The notes below the pieces were generated by a model. It ran no database searches. It was given only the letters and a program-made list of their open reading frames with translations, and had not been told where the DNA came from. A program made the position numbers and the translations under genes. From Alphaproteobacteria bacterium (GTDB lineage Bacteria; Pseudomonadota; Alphaproteobacteria; UBA2966), in assembly GCA_964291395.2 (NCBI GenBank), contig OZ219857.1, positions 1 to 64,000 of the forward strand: DNA of 64,000 nt, read 5' to 3'. Below, piece after piece: positions 49,301 through 64,000 of the stretch (the first letter of the stretch is position 1; each line of letters begins with the position of its first letter).

Positions 49301-50608
49301 GTGCGCCGAGCGCCGAGCGCGTGCTATGTCTGTGAATCCCGTCCCCGCCTTCTCCTTGCCGCCGCGCTAATCCTCGGCGCGCTCGGTCTGTTCGCCCCCG
49401 CTCCCGCCCAAGCGCAGGTCACCATCTGGTCCGCCACCCTGACGGTGGATTTCCGGGACGGAAACTCCGATTCATCGCTCGGATGCAGTGGTGCTCCCGG
49501 CCACACCGCCTGCTCGACCGCCTTAACTGCCGACGACTTCACCTACAAAGGCACCACCTACGAGGTAGCGGATTTGTATTATGAAAGCGGTAGAGTGGAA
49601 CTCCGCTTAAGCGGCGTCTCTGCCAGCGCACTCAAGACCGTGCTCGGTTCGCTGAGGTTGAACGTGGCCGGCCGTCAGTTTGCCCTCAGCGATGGCAGAG
49701 GCGAAGCGCTCGGCAGAGTTAGCTGGCTGATGTCCAATCCAGGCTGGACCGACGGGCAGACGGTCACCCTCGACCTCGACGGCGAGGCGCCGGAGCGCAC
49801 CAGCGCGGACCTGTCGATGACGCTGGCGGCGGCGGGCATGCGGGGCGACCTCTTGCGGCCCGAAGAGACGGGCGGGTTCGCGCTGGCGCTGAAGGCGGAC
49901 GCGTTCTGGGTGCGGACGGAGTCGGACGCGGTCTCGACGCCGGGCGGGGGCAACCTCGCGGGCGCGCGGGCCGAGGCGAGCCGGGTTCGGGCGGTGCTCG
50001 ACGGCTCGCGCAGCTTCGCGCTCGCGGGCGGCGGAACGCTGACGCCGTCGGTGGAGCTCGGGGTGCGCCACGACGGGGGCGACGCGGAGACCGGGACGGG
50101 CACGGAGCTCGGCGCCGGCCTCGGCTACGCGGACCCGTCGCGGCTCGGCCTGGACATGGCGCTGCGGGTGCACGGTCTGGCGGCGCATGCCGAGGACGGC
50201 TACGACGAATGGGGCGTGACGGGGTCGCTGCGGCTGGTGCCGGGCGGCGCCGGGCGCGGTCTGTCTGCGTCGCTCACGCCGTCTTACGGCGTGGACCCGG
50301 GCGGCTCGGAGCGGCTGTGGACGCTGCCGGACGCGTCCGCGCTGGCGGCGAACGACGACGCGCCCCCGTCGAGCCGGCTCGACGCGGAGGTGGGCTACGG
50401 CATGGCGCTGTTCGGCGGCGGCTTCACGGGCACGCCGAATGTCGGGCTGGGGCTCTCGGACACGGCGCGCGAGCTGCGCCTGGGCTGGCGGCTCGCCCCG
50501 GCGGACGGCGGGGGCTTCGAGCTCAATCTCGACGCGGCGCGGCGCGAGGCCGCGAACGACGACGCGCCGGAGCACCGCGTCGGCTTCGGCCTCACCGCGC
50601 GCTGGTGA
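49301..50608 (+). CDS. Autotransporter-like surface protein, apparently internally deleted (one passenger module fused to a partial barrel); start uncertain
   Basis: Signal peptide ...APAQA-QVTIWSATLTV and a Cys pair; C-terminal TPSVELGVRHDGGDAETGTG, RLDAEVGYG and terminal GLTARW. Confidence 0.7.
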   Translation: MRRAPSACYVCESRPRLLLAAALILGALGLFAPAPAQAQVTIWSATLTVDFRDGNSDSSLGCSGAPGHTACSTALTADDFTYKGTTYEVADLYYESGRVELRLSGVSASALKTVLGSLRLNVAGRQFALSDGRGEALGRVSWLMSNPGWTDGQTVTLDLDGEAPERTSADLSMTLAAAGMRGDLLRPEETGGFALALKADAFWVRTESDAVSTPGGGNLAGARAEASRVRAVLDGSRSFALAGGGTLTPSVELGVRHDGGDAETGTGTELGAGLGYADPSRLGLDMALRVHGLAAHAEDGYDEWGVTGSLRLVPGGAGRGLSASLTPSYGVDPGGSERLWTLPDASALAANDDAPPSSRLDAEVGYGMALFGGGFTGTPNVGLGLSDTARELRLGWRLAPADGGGFELNLDAARREAANDDAPEHRVGFGLTARW

Positions 50609-50907
50609 GGGGAGGCGTGCGGGGCGCGCCGGTAGCTCGCGGCGCAGGCAGGCACGCGGAACGGGAGCGCGGGCGGGCAGTTCGGGCGGGGAGCGACAAC
50701 GACGGGCTGCGGTTCGCGATACCCCTCGGAGCGCGCCCTTTCTCACGCGTGGCCAGCGTCCTCCTTGCCGAACCGCCGGGTGAGACAGGGGCAGTCCGAG
50801 GCTGGCGGGACAGCTCGGGGCGGCCCGCCACGCAATCGACGCACGGCCGGGAAGGTTCCGGTCACCGGCCTCTTCAGGCCGCGATGTCCTGCGCCGGACC
50901 GGCGGAT

Positions 50908-51246
50908 CTAAAGAAGCTTGACGAGGGAGACGATCAGCCCGCCCTGGGCGATCAGCGCCCCGAACAGCCATTTCAGGAGGTCGGCCTTGACCGCCTCGAT
51001 GTCGCGCTTGAGCTCGGCCTTGACTGCCTCGATGTCGCGCTTGAGCTCGGCCTTGACTCGGCTTGAGTCTCGATGTCGCGCTTGAGTCGGCCTCGTGACC
51101 GCAGCGAGGTCGGCCTTCGTGGCAAGGTTGCCGTTGAGAAGGGCGACATGCTCCTCGGCCAGGGTCTCCGCCTGCTTCTCCGTGAAGCCGCTCTCCGTCA
51201 GGCGCTTGACGAACCTGTGGGTGTCGAAGGCGATGGCCTCGCTCAT
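50908..51246 (-). CDS. DUF1640/CCDC90-like coiled-coil protein with 11-aa repeats
   Basis: MSEAIAFDTHRFVKRL..SGF.EKQAE.L...LATKADL...(VKAELKRDIEA)n..LLKW followed by a TM helix. Confidence 0.8.
   Translation of the reverse strand: MSEAIAFDTHRFVKRLTESGFTEKQAETLAEEHVALLNGNLATKADLAAVTRPTQARHRDSSRVKAELKRDIEAVKAELKRDIEAVKADLLKWLFGALIAQGGLIVSLVKLL
50981..51090. repeat. 33-bp tandem repeat (two near-perfect copies plus one degenerate)
   Basis: Unit tcggccttgaYgcctcgatgtcgcgcttgagc-like, starting at 50981, 51014 and 51047. Confidence 0.9.
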
Positions 51247-51420
51247 GTCCAAATCATAGGCATCCCGCCAGGGCTGGACAAGAAGGACCTGGGGCCTTAC
51301 GAACCGCCGACGGGTCCTGGAGCCCGCCACAATCGAACCGTTCACGTGGCCTGAAGCCGCATCGAGGCGGACCGATCGGGAGCGAACGTAGACGAGGTAC
51401 GGGAGGCTGCGAGTCAATCC

Positions 51421-52231
51421 ATGTCCAAGCCAGTGGTCGGTGTCATCGCATCCGGATACCTCGCCAACGGCCGCAGCCCCGCGCAGTTGGTCAGGGAGAA
51501 GAACCTTCGCGCCCTGGCGCAGGTCGCCGACGCCCTGCCCCTGATGTTCGCCGGCGCGCCCGACCTCACGGATATCGGGCCGCTGCTGGACACGGTCGAC
51601 GGCGTCCTGCTGACGGGCGACCGCGCCAACGTTCATCCGAGCCATTTCAACGCCGAACCCCATCCGAGCCACGAGCCCTACGATCGGGACCGGGACGAGG
51701 TGGCGCTGCGGGTGGCGAGGGCCTGCGTCGAGCGGAGCATCCCCATCCTGGGCCTGTGCCGCGGCATCCAGGAGATGGGAGTGGCGTTCGGGAGCACCCT
51801 GCATCCGGAAATCCGCGAGTTGCCCGGACGCATGAACCACCGGGCGCCCCGGCTGGAAAACGGGGACCCCCATCCCGACCCGGCAGTCGTTTTCGCGGAC
51901 CGCCATGACGTCCGCCTCGTTTCCGGAGGTGTCTTCGCGCGGCTCTTCGACCGGGAGACGATCCGCGTCAACTCGCTCCACGGTCAGGGCATTCTGGAAC
52001 CGGGGGACCGCGTCGTCGTCGAGGGCGTGGCGGAGGACGGCACGATCGAGGCCATTCGAATCGCCGACGCGCCCGGGTTCGCATTGGGCGTCCAGTGGCA
52101 CGCCGAGCACGATCCGCAGACCAATCCGGTGAACCGCGCCCTGTTTCGGGCGTTCGGCGATGCGATCAGGGAACGCAGGCGGGCCCGTGAAGGCCGACCC
52201 CACGGAGGCGAAGGGGGAACGCAGGACAGGC

Positions 52232-52239
<8 letters not shown>
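51421..52239 (+). CDS. puuD: Gamma-glutamyl-gamma-aminobutyrate hydrolase family (peptidase C26)
   Basis: [17 protein letters not shown] and GVQWHAE motifs. Confidence 0.8.
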
Positions 52240-56892
<4,653 letters not shown>

Positions 56893-56895
56893 CCC

Positions 56896-58314
56896 ATGGG
56901 CAAAGTCACGGGTTTTCTCGAATTCGACAGGAAGGAGCAGCGCTACGCGCCAGTCGCCGAACGCGTCCGTAATTTCAACGAGTTCGTGGTGCCGCTGGAC
57001 GAGAATACGTTGAAGCAGCAGGGCGCGCGCTGCATGGATTGCGGCATCCCGTTCTGCCACACCGGCTGCCCCGTCGACAACATCATCCCCGACTGGAACG
57101 ACCTCGTTTACCGCGACCAGTGGCGGGAAGCCATCGAAGTGCTGCACTCGACCAACAACTTCCCCGAATTCACCGGCCGCGTCTGCCCGGCACCTTGCGA
57201 GGAAGCCTGCACGCTGAACATCGACGACGCCCCGGTAACGATCAAGACGATCGAGTGCGCCATCGCGGATCGGGCCTGGCAGGAAGGCTGGGCGGTTCCC
57301 GACATCTCCGCCGACCGGACCGGCAAACGCGTCGCCGTCGTCGGAGCGGGTCCCGCCGGAATGGCGTGCGCGCAACAGCTGGCGCGCGCCGGGCACGACG
57401 TCACGCTGTTCGACAGGAACGCCAAACCGGGCGGGTTGCTCCGGTACGGCATTCCCGACTTCAAGATGGAAAAGCACTACATCGACCGGCGCGTCGCACA
57501 AATGGAGGCGGAAGGCGTGACCTTCCGCACCGGGGTGCATGTCGGGGTCGATATGGAAGCCCAGGACCTTGTCCGGGAATACGACGCCGTCGTCCTGGCA
57601 GGCGGGTCGGAGAAGGCGCGCGACCTGCCGGTCGAGGGAAGGGGGTTGCGCGGCGTCGAATTCGCCATGGATTTCCTGCCTCAGCAGAACCGGCGTATCA
57701 GCGGGGAGCCCCTCGGCGACGTGGAAGAGATTCACGCCCGAGGCAAGCACGTCGTCGTGATCGGCGGCGGCGATACGGGCTCCGATTGCATCGGCACGTC
57801 GTTCCGCCAAGGCGCGGCCTCGGTCACGCAGCTGGAGATCCTGCCGATGCCGCCGGAGAAACCCGACAAAGGCACCACATGGCCCCTGTGGCCGCTCCGG
57901 CTCCGCACGTCCTCGTCCCACGCGGAAGGGGCGGAGCGCGATTGGAGCGTCGCGACCAAGTACCTTTCAGGCGCCAACGGGACCGTCTCGACACTTCACG
58001 CGGTCCGCCTGGACGAAGGAATGCAGGAGATTCCCGGAACCGAATTCGACCTGCAGGCGGGGCTCGTTCTGCTGGCGATGGGTTTCGTTCATCCGGTCCA
58101 CGAAGGCATGATCGAGGAATTGGGAGTCGAACTCGACACGCGCGGCAACGTCCTCGCCGATACGGAGAGATACGTCACGTCGCTGCCCAACGTGTTCGCC
58201 GCAGGCGACATGCGCCGCGGCCAGTCGCTCGTGGTCTGGGCCATCCGCGAGGGCCGGCAATGCGCCCACGCCGTGGACGAATTCCTGATGGGCGAGTCGT
58301 CGCTGCCACGATGA
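56896..58314 (+). CDS. gltD: Glutamate synthase small subunit
   Basis: [28 protein letters not shown] and [13 protein letters not shown] motifs. Confidence 0.98.
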   Translation: MGKVTGFLEFDRKEQRYAPVAERVRNFNEFVVPLDENTLKQQGARCMDCGIPFCHTGCPVDNIIPDWNDLVYRDQWREAIEVLHSTNNFPEFTGRVCPAPCEEACTLNIDDAPVTIKTIECAIADRAWQEGWAVPDISADRTGKRVAVVGAGPAGMACAQQLARAGHDVTLFDRNAKPGGLLRYGIPDFKMEKHYIDRRVAQMEAEGVTFRTGVHVGVDMEAQDLVREYDAVVLAGGSEKARDLPVEGRGLRGVEFAMDFLPQQNRRISGEPLGDVEEIHARGKHVVVIGGGDTGSDCIGTSFRQGAASVTQLEILPMPPEKPDKGTTWPLWPLRLRTSSSHAEGAERDWSVATKYLSGANGTVSTLHAVRLDEGMQEIPGTEFDLQAGLVLLAMGFVHPVHEGMIEELGVELDTRGNVLADTERYVTSLPNVFAAGDMRRGQSLVVWAIREGRQCAHAVDEFLMGESSLPR

Positions 58315-58394
58315 AACGGCGACGGCATCGCCATTCCGGATTCCGCGGGCGAGCGGCGCGACAACGGTGCCTGCAGACCCCGGCGAAACCGCGG

Positions 58395-59327
58395 CTACGC
58401 CCGGCCGCGCAGGATGGCCGGAATGGCGGCGCGTGCCGCGGCCCGGTAGCCGTTTGCCGTGACGGTCAAATCGCTCCGCATCATGGCGTTGAGCATCGGC
58501 AGCCTGTGGAACGGCACGGCAGGGTAGACATGGTGCTCGACATGATAGGGCATGTTCCAGGCGATGAAGCGCACTGCCGCATTGGTGAAGGTCGTGCGCG
58601 TGTTCCGGAGCATGTCGGGCACGTGCGGGCATCCGGTATGCTCGGCCAGCAGATAGAGGCGCAGGAAGGGCTGCCCGAGGAGCACGGGAATGAGCCAGTA
58701 CCAGAGCAGCGCGGTCGTTCCCCAAAGCACCGACAACCCGGCGGCGGCGAGGTAGGCGGCGAGAAACAGCCGCGCTTCCCGGACTACGGCCGATCGGGCC
58801 CGCGGCGGCACGAACGCGTCGCGGTTCCGGCCGGCAGCGTTGCTCAGCAAGGTCCTCACCTGGCCCATCCAGTAAGGACCGCCGGCGACGGTCCAGACGA
58901 GACCGGGCTTCGATTTCGGCAGGGGCCTCGCCAGTTCCGGATCGCGCGCCGGATCGTGAGTGTAGCGGTGATGCGCCATGTGGAAATGGTGAAACCAAGC
59001 CGGGGGCAGGAGGGATACCAGCCCCGTTGCCCAGGCCGCCACCGTACTCAGCCAGTTGCTGCGGAAGGGCGTTCCGTGCACCGCCTCGTGTTGCAGGCAA
59101 AACAGGAAGACGAGCAGAATGCCGTGAGGCAGCAGCAGGATCGGCCAGCCCGGCACCTCGAGAGCGATCAGCGAACCGGTAACGCCCAGCGCCGCCAAGT
59201 GGCCGGCAAGATGGACCAAGCCTCTCAGATCGGAGCGCCGCAACAGGCTGCGCCGTTCGGCGCGGCTGAGCCGCCCGACGATATCGCGATGACCGACCGT
59301 TCGTCGGAGCGAACCGTCTTCGTCCAT
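58395..59327 (-). CDS. Fatty acid desaturase family protein
   Basis: His boxes QHEAVH, FHMAHH and YHVEHH. Confidence 0.88.
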   Translation of the reverse strand: MDEDGSLRRTVGHRDIVGRLSRAERRSLLRRSDLRGLVHLAGHLAALGVTGSLIALEVPGWPILLLPHGILLVFLFCLQHEAVHGTPFRSNWLSTVAAWATGLVSLLPPAWFHHFHMAHHRYTHDPARDPELARPLPKSKPGLVWTVAGGPYWMGQVRTLLSNAAGRNRDAFVPPRARSAVVREARLFLAAYLAAAGLSVLWGTTALLWYWLIPVLLGQPFLRLYLLAEHTGCPHVPDMLRNTRTTFTNAAVRFIAWNMPYHVEHHVYPAVPFHRLPMLNAMMRSDLTVTANGYRAAARAAIPAILRGRA

Positions 59328-59798
59328 CGTTACCCATCCTGATCGTCGGGAGGAGGACATCGGGCAGTCGTCCGTTTCGCTCCCCAGCGGCTCATCGTCG
59401 ACGTTCACGACTCTATCACGACCGCGATGCTCACGAGCCAGTCCGCCGAGGCGGCAGCTGCCGACGGCGGAACAACGATGGAGCGGACGCCTCCTCCCGA
59501 CGGCAAGATCGTGGGGAAGCGACCAAACTCCGCTTTCAAAAGTGATAACAATGGGTTACTGAAAATGCCTTCCTCCCTTCCCCGCTCACGCCCGGACCTA
59601 CATTCCCGAGCGGGGGATGTCGGTCTCCTCTCTCTTGTCCCCATTTCCCGCCCGTTAGAGGATCGTGCCGAAGTCGCCGCGTAGCGCGACACGCAAGTCG
59701 CCGCCCTCGGCATCGGGCGACAGAGGCTTGACGCGCGCCGCAACGGGGAGCCATATCACATATCACCAATCGGCCGGCGGGCGGGAGGAGGCCCCATC

Positions 59799-60218
59799 GT
59801 GGCTCCGACGCGCAGGGATGTGTTGCTGATGGGCGCGTCTGCCGGCGCGGCCGCGCTGATCCCCGTCGGCGCGGCAGAGGCCTCGAACGGGGTCCGGCAG
59901 GCCATCGACGCGTTCACGGGCGGCGCGTTCCGCCTGGAAGGCGGCGTGATTCTCGATGCGCCGGAAATCTTCGACAACGGCGGCGCCGTGCCGGTCCGGA
60001 TCGTTGCCGAGGGTGCCAGACGCATCGCGCTCTTCAACGACGGAAACCCGAATCCCGGCGTCGCGGTCTTCACGTTCGGAAGGCTGGTGCCGCCGGAAGC
60101 CACGATCCGCATCCGGCTGGCCGGGAGCCAGACCGTGTATGCGGTGGCGGAGATGGCGGACGGCACGTTCCGCCAGACCTCCCGGGCAATCGCGGTGACG
60201 GTCGGCGGCTGCGGTTGA
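59799..60218 (+). CDS. soxY: Sulfur carrier SoxY
   Basis: Tat motif TRRDVL, APEI.DNG..VPV and C-terminal VTVGGCG. Confidence 0.93.
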   Translation: MAPTRRDVLLMGASAGAAALIPVGAAEASNGVRQAIDAFTGGAFRLEGGVILDAPEIFDNGGAVPVRIVAEGARRIALFNDGNPNPGVAVFTFGRLVPPEATIRIRLAGSQTVYAVAEMADGTFRQTSRAIAVTVGGCG

Positions 60219-60228
60219 GGAACGGGCG

Positions 60229-60555
60229 ATGGCGGAACCCAGGCCGCGCGTGAAGCTGCCGAAGTCGGTGGCGGCGGGCGTTCCCTTCACGGTCAAGACC
60301 CGGATCACCCATCCGATGCATACGGGGCAGCGCCACGACAGCGAGGGCGCGCTCGTGCCGCGCCGGATCATCAATCGCTTCGTGGTGAGCTTCAACGGCG
60401 AGGTGGCGGTCTCCGTCGACCTGGAGCCGGCGGTCTCGGCCGATCCCTACATACAGTTTCAGATGGCCGTTCCGGAATCGGGCCACCTGGACTTCCAATG
60501 GATCGACGATGACGGCTCCGTGTACAGCCTCAGCAAACGGATCGAGGTCGACTAG
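60229..60555 (+). CDS. soxZ: Sulfur carrier SoxZ
   Basis: ITHPMHTGQR...PRRIINRF...AVSADPY..F...W.DDDG. Confidence 0.93.
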   Translation: MAEPRPRVKLPKSVAAGVPFTVKTRITHPMHTGQRHDSEGALVPRRIINRFVVSFNGEVAVSVDLEPAVSADPYIQFQMAVPESGHLDFQWIDDDGSVYSLSKRIEVD

Positions 60556-61300
60556 AGCCTCCGGCCGGCACCGCCCCCGGCCGGCCAGCCTCGCGGCACG
60601 TCTCGCATCCGGGCTGCTTTCCGTGGCGCTGCTGGCGGTTCTCCCGGCCGCCGCATGGAGCGCCGATGCCGGCCGCGGCAAGGCGCTCTTCGGCCAATGC
60701 AAGCGCTGCCATCAGGTGGGCGACGGCGCGAAACACCGGATCGGCCCGCAGCTCAACGATGTCTTCGGCCGCGCGGCCGGCTCGCTCGCGGACTATCGCT
60801 ATTCCCGGGCGATGAAGGCGGCCGGTGCCGGCGGCCTGGTCTGGACCGAGGCGACTCTGGATGCCTTCCTCTCCGACCCGGTCGCCCTCGTGCCGCACTC
60901 ACGCATGAGCTTCGCGGGAATGGCGGGAGCGGACGACAGGGCGGCGCTGTTGGCGTGGCTAGGCGGCTTTTCCGGCCCTCGCTCCGATCTTCCGCCAGCG
61001 GAACCGACCGCGACGCCCGAGGAATTCGGCCTCGATCCGCGGATCCTCGCCATCGAGGGAGACCCCGAATACGGCGCCTATCTCGCGGGTGAATGCATTA
61101 CCTGCCACCGCATGGACGTGACCGTCAAAGGCATCCCCTCGATAACCGGATGGCCACTCGATGACTTCGTGATAGCCTTGCACGCCTACAAGGGCGGAAA
61201 GAGGGTCCATCCCGTCATGCAGATGGTGGCCGGGCGCCTCTCGGACGAGGAGATCGCTGCCCTCGCCGCACATTTCCACAGGGCGGAAGACAGCCCGTGA
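60509..61300 (+). CDS. soxE: Diheme cytochrome c (SoxE-like); start uncertain
   Basis: CKRCH and CITCH motifs, signal peptide ending AWSA; lies upstream of soxF. Confidence 0.8.
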   Translation: MTAPCTASANGSRSTRASGRHRPRPASLAARLASGLLSVALLAVLPAAAWSADAGRGKALFGQCKRCHQVGDGAKHRIGPQLNDVFGRAAGSLADYRYSRAMKAAGAGGLVWTEATLDAFLSDPVALVPHSRMSFAGMAGADDRAALLAWLGGFSGPRSDLPPAEPTATPEEFGLDPRILAIEGDPEYGAYLAGECITCHRMDVTVKGIPSITGWPLDDFVIALHAYKGGKRVHPVMQMVAGRLSDEEIAALAAHFHRAEDSP

Positions 61301-61317
61301 GCCAGGAGAAACACGTC

Positions 61318-62613
61318 ATGAGCAAACGGAACGGAGAGAGCGGCTTGAACCGGCGCCATTTTCTTGCAACCGCGGCCGCGGCAACCACGGCGGTATCGGG
61401 GCTGTCAGCGCCGGCGGTGCTCGCGCAAGGCCGCCCCCGCGTCGTGGTCGTGGGCGGCGGCGCGGGCGGTGCGACGGCGGCGCGCTACATCGCCAAGGAT
61501 TCGAAGGGTGCCGTGGATGTGACGCTCGTGGAACCGAGCCGCGCCTACTACTCCTGCTTCTTCTCGAACCTCTATATCGGCGGCTTCCGCGAGTTCGCGT
61601 CGATCGGTCACAGCTACGGAGCGCTGGCCGCGAATCACGGGATCAACGTCGTGCACGACTGGGCGGTCTCCATCGACCGCGACGCGCGGAGCGTGGGGCT
61701 CGCGGGCGGGGGCAGCCTCGCCTACGACCGCCTCGTGCTCTCGCCGGGCATCGACTTCCGCGAAGGCTCCGTTCCCGGATGGGACCTGTCACAGCAGAAC
61801 CGCATGCCGCACGCCTACAAGGCCGGCTCGCAAACCCAGCTTCTCAAGGCGCAAATCGAAGCCATGCCGCAAGGCGGCGTCTATTGCATGGTGGCGCCGC
61901 CGAACCCGTTCCGCTGCCCGCCGGGGCCCTATGAGCGGATTTCGATGGTGGCCCACGTGCTGAAACAGGCCAATCCGACGGCGAAGATCCTGATCGTCGA
62001 CCCCAAGGAGAAGTTCTCCAAGCAGGGATTGTTCGAGGACGGCTGGCAGCGCCACTACCCCGGCATGATCGAGCGCGTCGGTCCGGATTTCGGCGGCGAC
62101 AAGGTCGAGGTGCGGCCCGACAGCCTGGAGGTGGTGGTGGACGGCGAGGTGACGAAGGTGGATGTCTGCAACGTCATTCCCGCGCAGCAGGCGGGGCGCG
62201 TCGCGGCGCTCGCGGGCGTCACCGACGAGTCCGGCTGGGCGCCGGTCGTGCCGCACACCATGGAGAGTCGCGCGGACGCCAATATTCACGTGCTGGGCGA
62301 CGCGGCGCTGCAGGGCGACATGCCGAAGTCGGGCTTCTCGGCCAACAGCCAGGCGAAGGTCTGCGCCATGGCGGTGCGCGGGGCGCTTACCGGGTCCTCG
62401 GTGTTCCCGTCGCGGTTCTCCAACACCTGCTGGTCGCTCATCGGCACCGATGACGGCGTCAAGGTCGGCGCTTCCTACGAAGCGACCGACGAGAAGATCG
62501 CCAAGACCGACGGCTTCATTTCCAAGACCGGCGAAAGCGCGGAACTGCGCAAGGCGACCTACGAGGAATCGCTCGGCTGGTATGACGCCATTACCGGGGA
62601 CATGTTCAGCTGA
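61318..62613 (+). CDS. soxF: Flavocytochrome c sulfide dehydrogenase flavoprotein
   Basis: Tat motif NRRHFL, GGGAGG, SCFFSN, RCPPGPYER, MPKSG and NTCWS. Confidence 0.9.
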   Translation: MSKRNGESGLNRRHFLATAAAATTAVSGLSAPAVLAQGRPRVVVVGGGAGGATAARYIAKDSKGAVDVTLVEPSRAYYSCFFSNLYIGGFREFASIGHSYGALAANHGINVVHDWAVSIDRDARSVGLAGGGSLAYDRLVLSPGIDFREGSVPGWDLSQQNRMPHAYKAGSQTQLLKAQIEAMPQGGVYCMVAPPNPFRCPPGPYERISMVAHVLKQANPTAKILIVDPKEKFSKQGLFEDGWQRHYPGMIERVGPDFGGDKVEVRPDSLEVVVDGEVTKVDVCNVIPAQQAGRVAALAGVTDESGWAPVVPHTMESRADANIHVLGDAALQGDMPKSGFSANSQAKVCAMAVRGALTGSSVFPSRFSNTCWSLIGTDDGVKVGASYEATDEKIAKTDGFISKTGESAELRKATYEESLGWYDAITGDMFS

Positions 62614-62667
62614 TCCCGCTGACGGCGCTTACGCCCCGGGCGGGAGCGCCGTAGCCCCTCCGCCGCA

Positions 62668-63693
62668 CTATCGGGCGGCGAGGAGCACGCCGACGGCCCG
62701 CGCCGAAGCCGCCATCGCGGCGAGCGCGAGGAGAGCGGCAAGGCTCGCGGTCGAGACGCCGGAGAGTCCGGCGCCGACCGTGCAGCCGCCTGCCAGCACG
62801 CCGCCGGCGCCCATCATCACGGCGCCGGCGAGGTAGCGCCCGGTCTGCCGCGGCCCCTCCAGGCTCCGCCAGCGGAACTCGCCGGCCGCCAGCGCCGCCG
62901 CCAAGCTGCCGAGAAGAACGCCTGCCGCGAGGCCCGTGCCGAAGCCGGCCGGAATCGACGTCGCCGCCACGACCCAGAACAGCGTGTCGGCCATCGGCCC
63001 GGTGAAGCCCATCGACTGCACGGGAATCGGGTCGAAGTCATCCAGCAGCACGAAGCCCGTGCCGATCCAGCCGAGCGGCACCAGCAGACCGATCGCGGCG
63101 GCCATCGCCAAATGGGCGATCCGCGCGCGGGAGAAGAGCGCGAAGACGAACGCGGCACCCGCGATGACCAGCGGCCAGACCTCGCCGCCGGGCCATGCCG
63201 AGAGCGCCGTCGCCGCTCCGCCGGAGAGGGACGCGTCGCCGAGCGCCTGGCGTATCGGTGCCAGCGCGCCCTTCATCACCGCATGGGCCGTGACGGCAAA
63301 GACGATCAGGACGATCAGGGCGCGCAGATTGCCGCCGCCGACCAGCACCGTGAGGCGCGAGACGCAGCCGCCCGCGAGCACCATGCCGGCCCCGAACAGC
63401 GCGCCACCCAGCAGTACGGAGACTACCGGCAGGTCAGACGCGAGAAACCGGTGCGCCTCGAAGGAGATCAGGTCCATGGCGACTGCAAGCCGGGTTCCGG
63501 CGATCGCGCACGCCAGCGCCATCGTCCATGCGCCCAGCGCCGGCAGGCAATCGCGCCACCGGCCGACCAGACTGCGGCGCAGACAGAAAGCGCTGCGCTG
63601 CGCCAGGGCGCCGTAGGCGCAGCCGAGCACCAAACCCAGCAGGACAGACGCCGTGAGCGGTGTCAGATGCTCGAATCCCAGTTCCTCGAACAT
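62668..63693 (-). CDS. YeeE/YedE (SoxT-like) sulfur compound transporter
   Basis: RSAFCLR, GMVLAGGC and GGVLAGGCTVG motifs. Confidence 0.9.
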   Translation of the reverse strand: MFEELGFEHLTPLTASVLLGLVLGCAYGALAQRSAFCLRRSLVGRWRDCLPALGAWTMALACAIAGTRLAVAMDLISFEAHRFLASDLPVVSVLLGGALFGAGMVLAGGCVSRLTVLVGGGNLRALIVLIVFAVTAHAVMKGALAPIRQALGDASLSGGAATALSAWPGGEVWPLVIAGAAFVFALFSRARIAHLAMAAAIGLLVPLGWIGTGFVLLDDFDPIPVQSMGFTGPMADTLFWVVAATSIPAGFGTGLAAGVLLGSLAAALAAGEFRWRSLEGPRQTGRYLAGAVMMGAGGVLAGGCTVGAGLSGVSTASLAALLALAAMAASARAVGVLLAAR

Positions 63694-64000
63694 GGAGGGC
63701 CGCCAATCCTGTTCCTTCCGGCGCGCAACGACCGGCCGAGTCCGGACCTCAAGCGGCCATGGGACCGACCGGCCCCCACCGAGTGGTCCAGTGTGAATGT
63801 TAGTCGAGCGGTGTCGGCGAGGCCACGTCCGAGGACCGGAAATGCCTCCCGCGTGTACGGTCTCACGTCCCGGCGTGGGCAAGGGCAAGGGTGCCGGGCC
63901 TTTCTACCCTGCAACCGGGGCTCTCGTACCATCCAGGCGTTCGATGCCCTCGCCGCCGACCCGGCACACCGCCACGGTGCGTCCGTAGCGGTCCCGGTCT

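Noticed and set aside
50981-51090. 33-bp repeats as a mini-CRISPR array
   Set aside because: The units are contiguous with no spacers, lie in frame within a coiled-coil CDS, and no cas genes are present.
59520-59790. Possible riboswitch upstream of the desaturase or soxY
   Set aside because: No recognisable aptamer motifs; only a weak TTGACG promoter candidate and a short ATATCAC tandem.
63885-63975. tRNA-like or ncRNA-like fold (GTGCCGGG...CCCGGCAC, GTTCGAT, CCA)
   Set aside because: I could not build a consistent cloverleaf or match a known RNA family; it needs tRNAscan-SE or Infernal.

Overview
High-GC alphaproteobacterial (Rhodospirillales-like) chromosomal window; the surface-protein types and toxin-antitoxin (TA) load resemble marine sponge symbionts, which is inference only. 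Bases 1-17 kb form an accessory surface island: a Slam/DUF560 (type XI secretion) translocon gene with four lipoproteins sharing TbpB-like barrel motifs, one of them a ~1200-aa Ala/Met-rich stalked protein whose tip domain is full of indels. The island also holds a lipoprotein S8 protease and a dense set of TA modules, of which only one toxin is intact. After it come a bufferin-type RiPP operon (DUF2282-DUF692-DUF2063-DoxX), core genes (pheA, kdsB, cytochrome c, hisN, yejAABEF, M17 peptidase), a catabolic cluster, aceA with ramB and operator sites, add and ilvA. A second debris region at 48.2-51.3 kb contains IS110/IS4 remnants, a repeat-flanked vapBC, a deleted autotransporter and DUF1640. 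The window ends with gltBD and soxYZ-soxEF with a YeeE-family transporter. Non-coding signals include tandem NrdR-like boxes upstream of a surface lipoprotein, a terminator abutting the slam start codon, a structured ~175-nt 5' leader, 19-, 24- and 149-bp direct repeats around TA modules, and a dispersed 10-bp-period CTAG element. Several isolated single-base frameshifts may be assembly errors. All family calls come from recognising motifs by eye; no searches were run.
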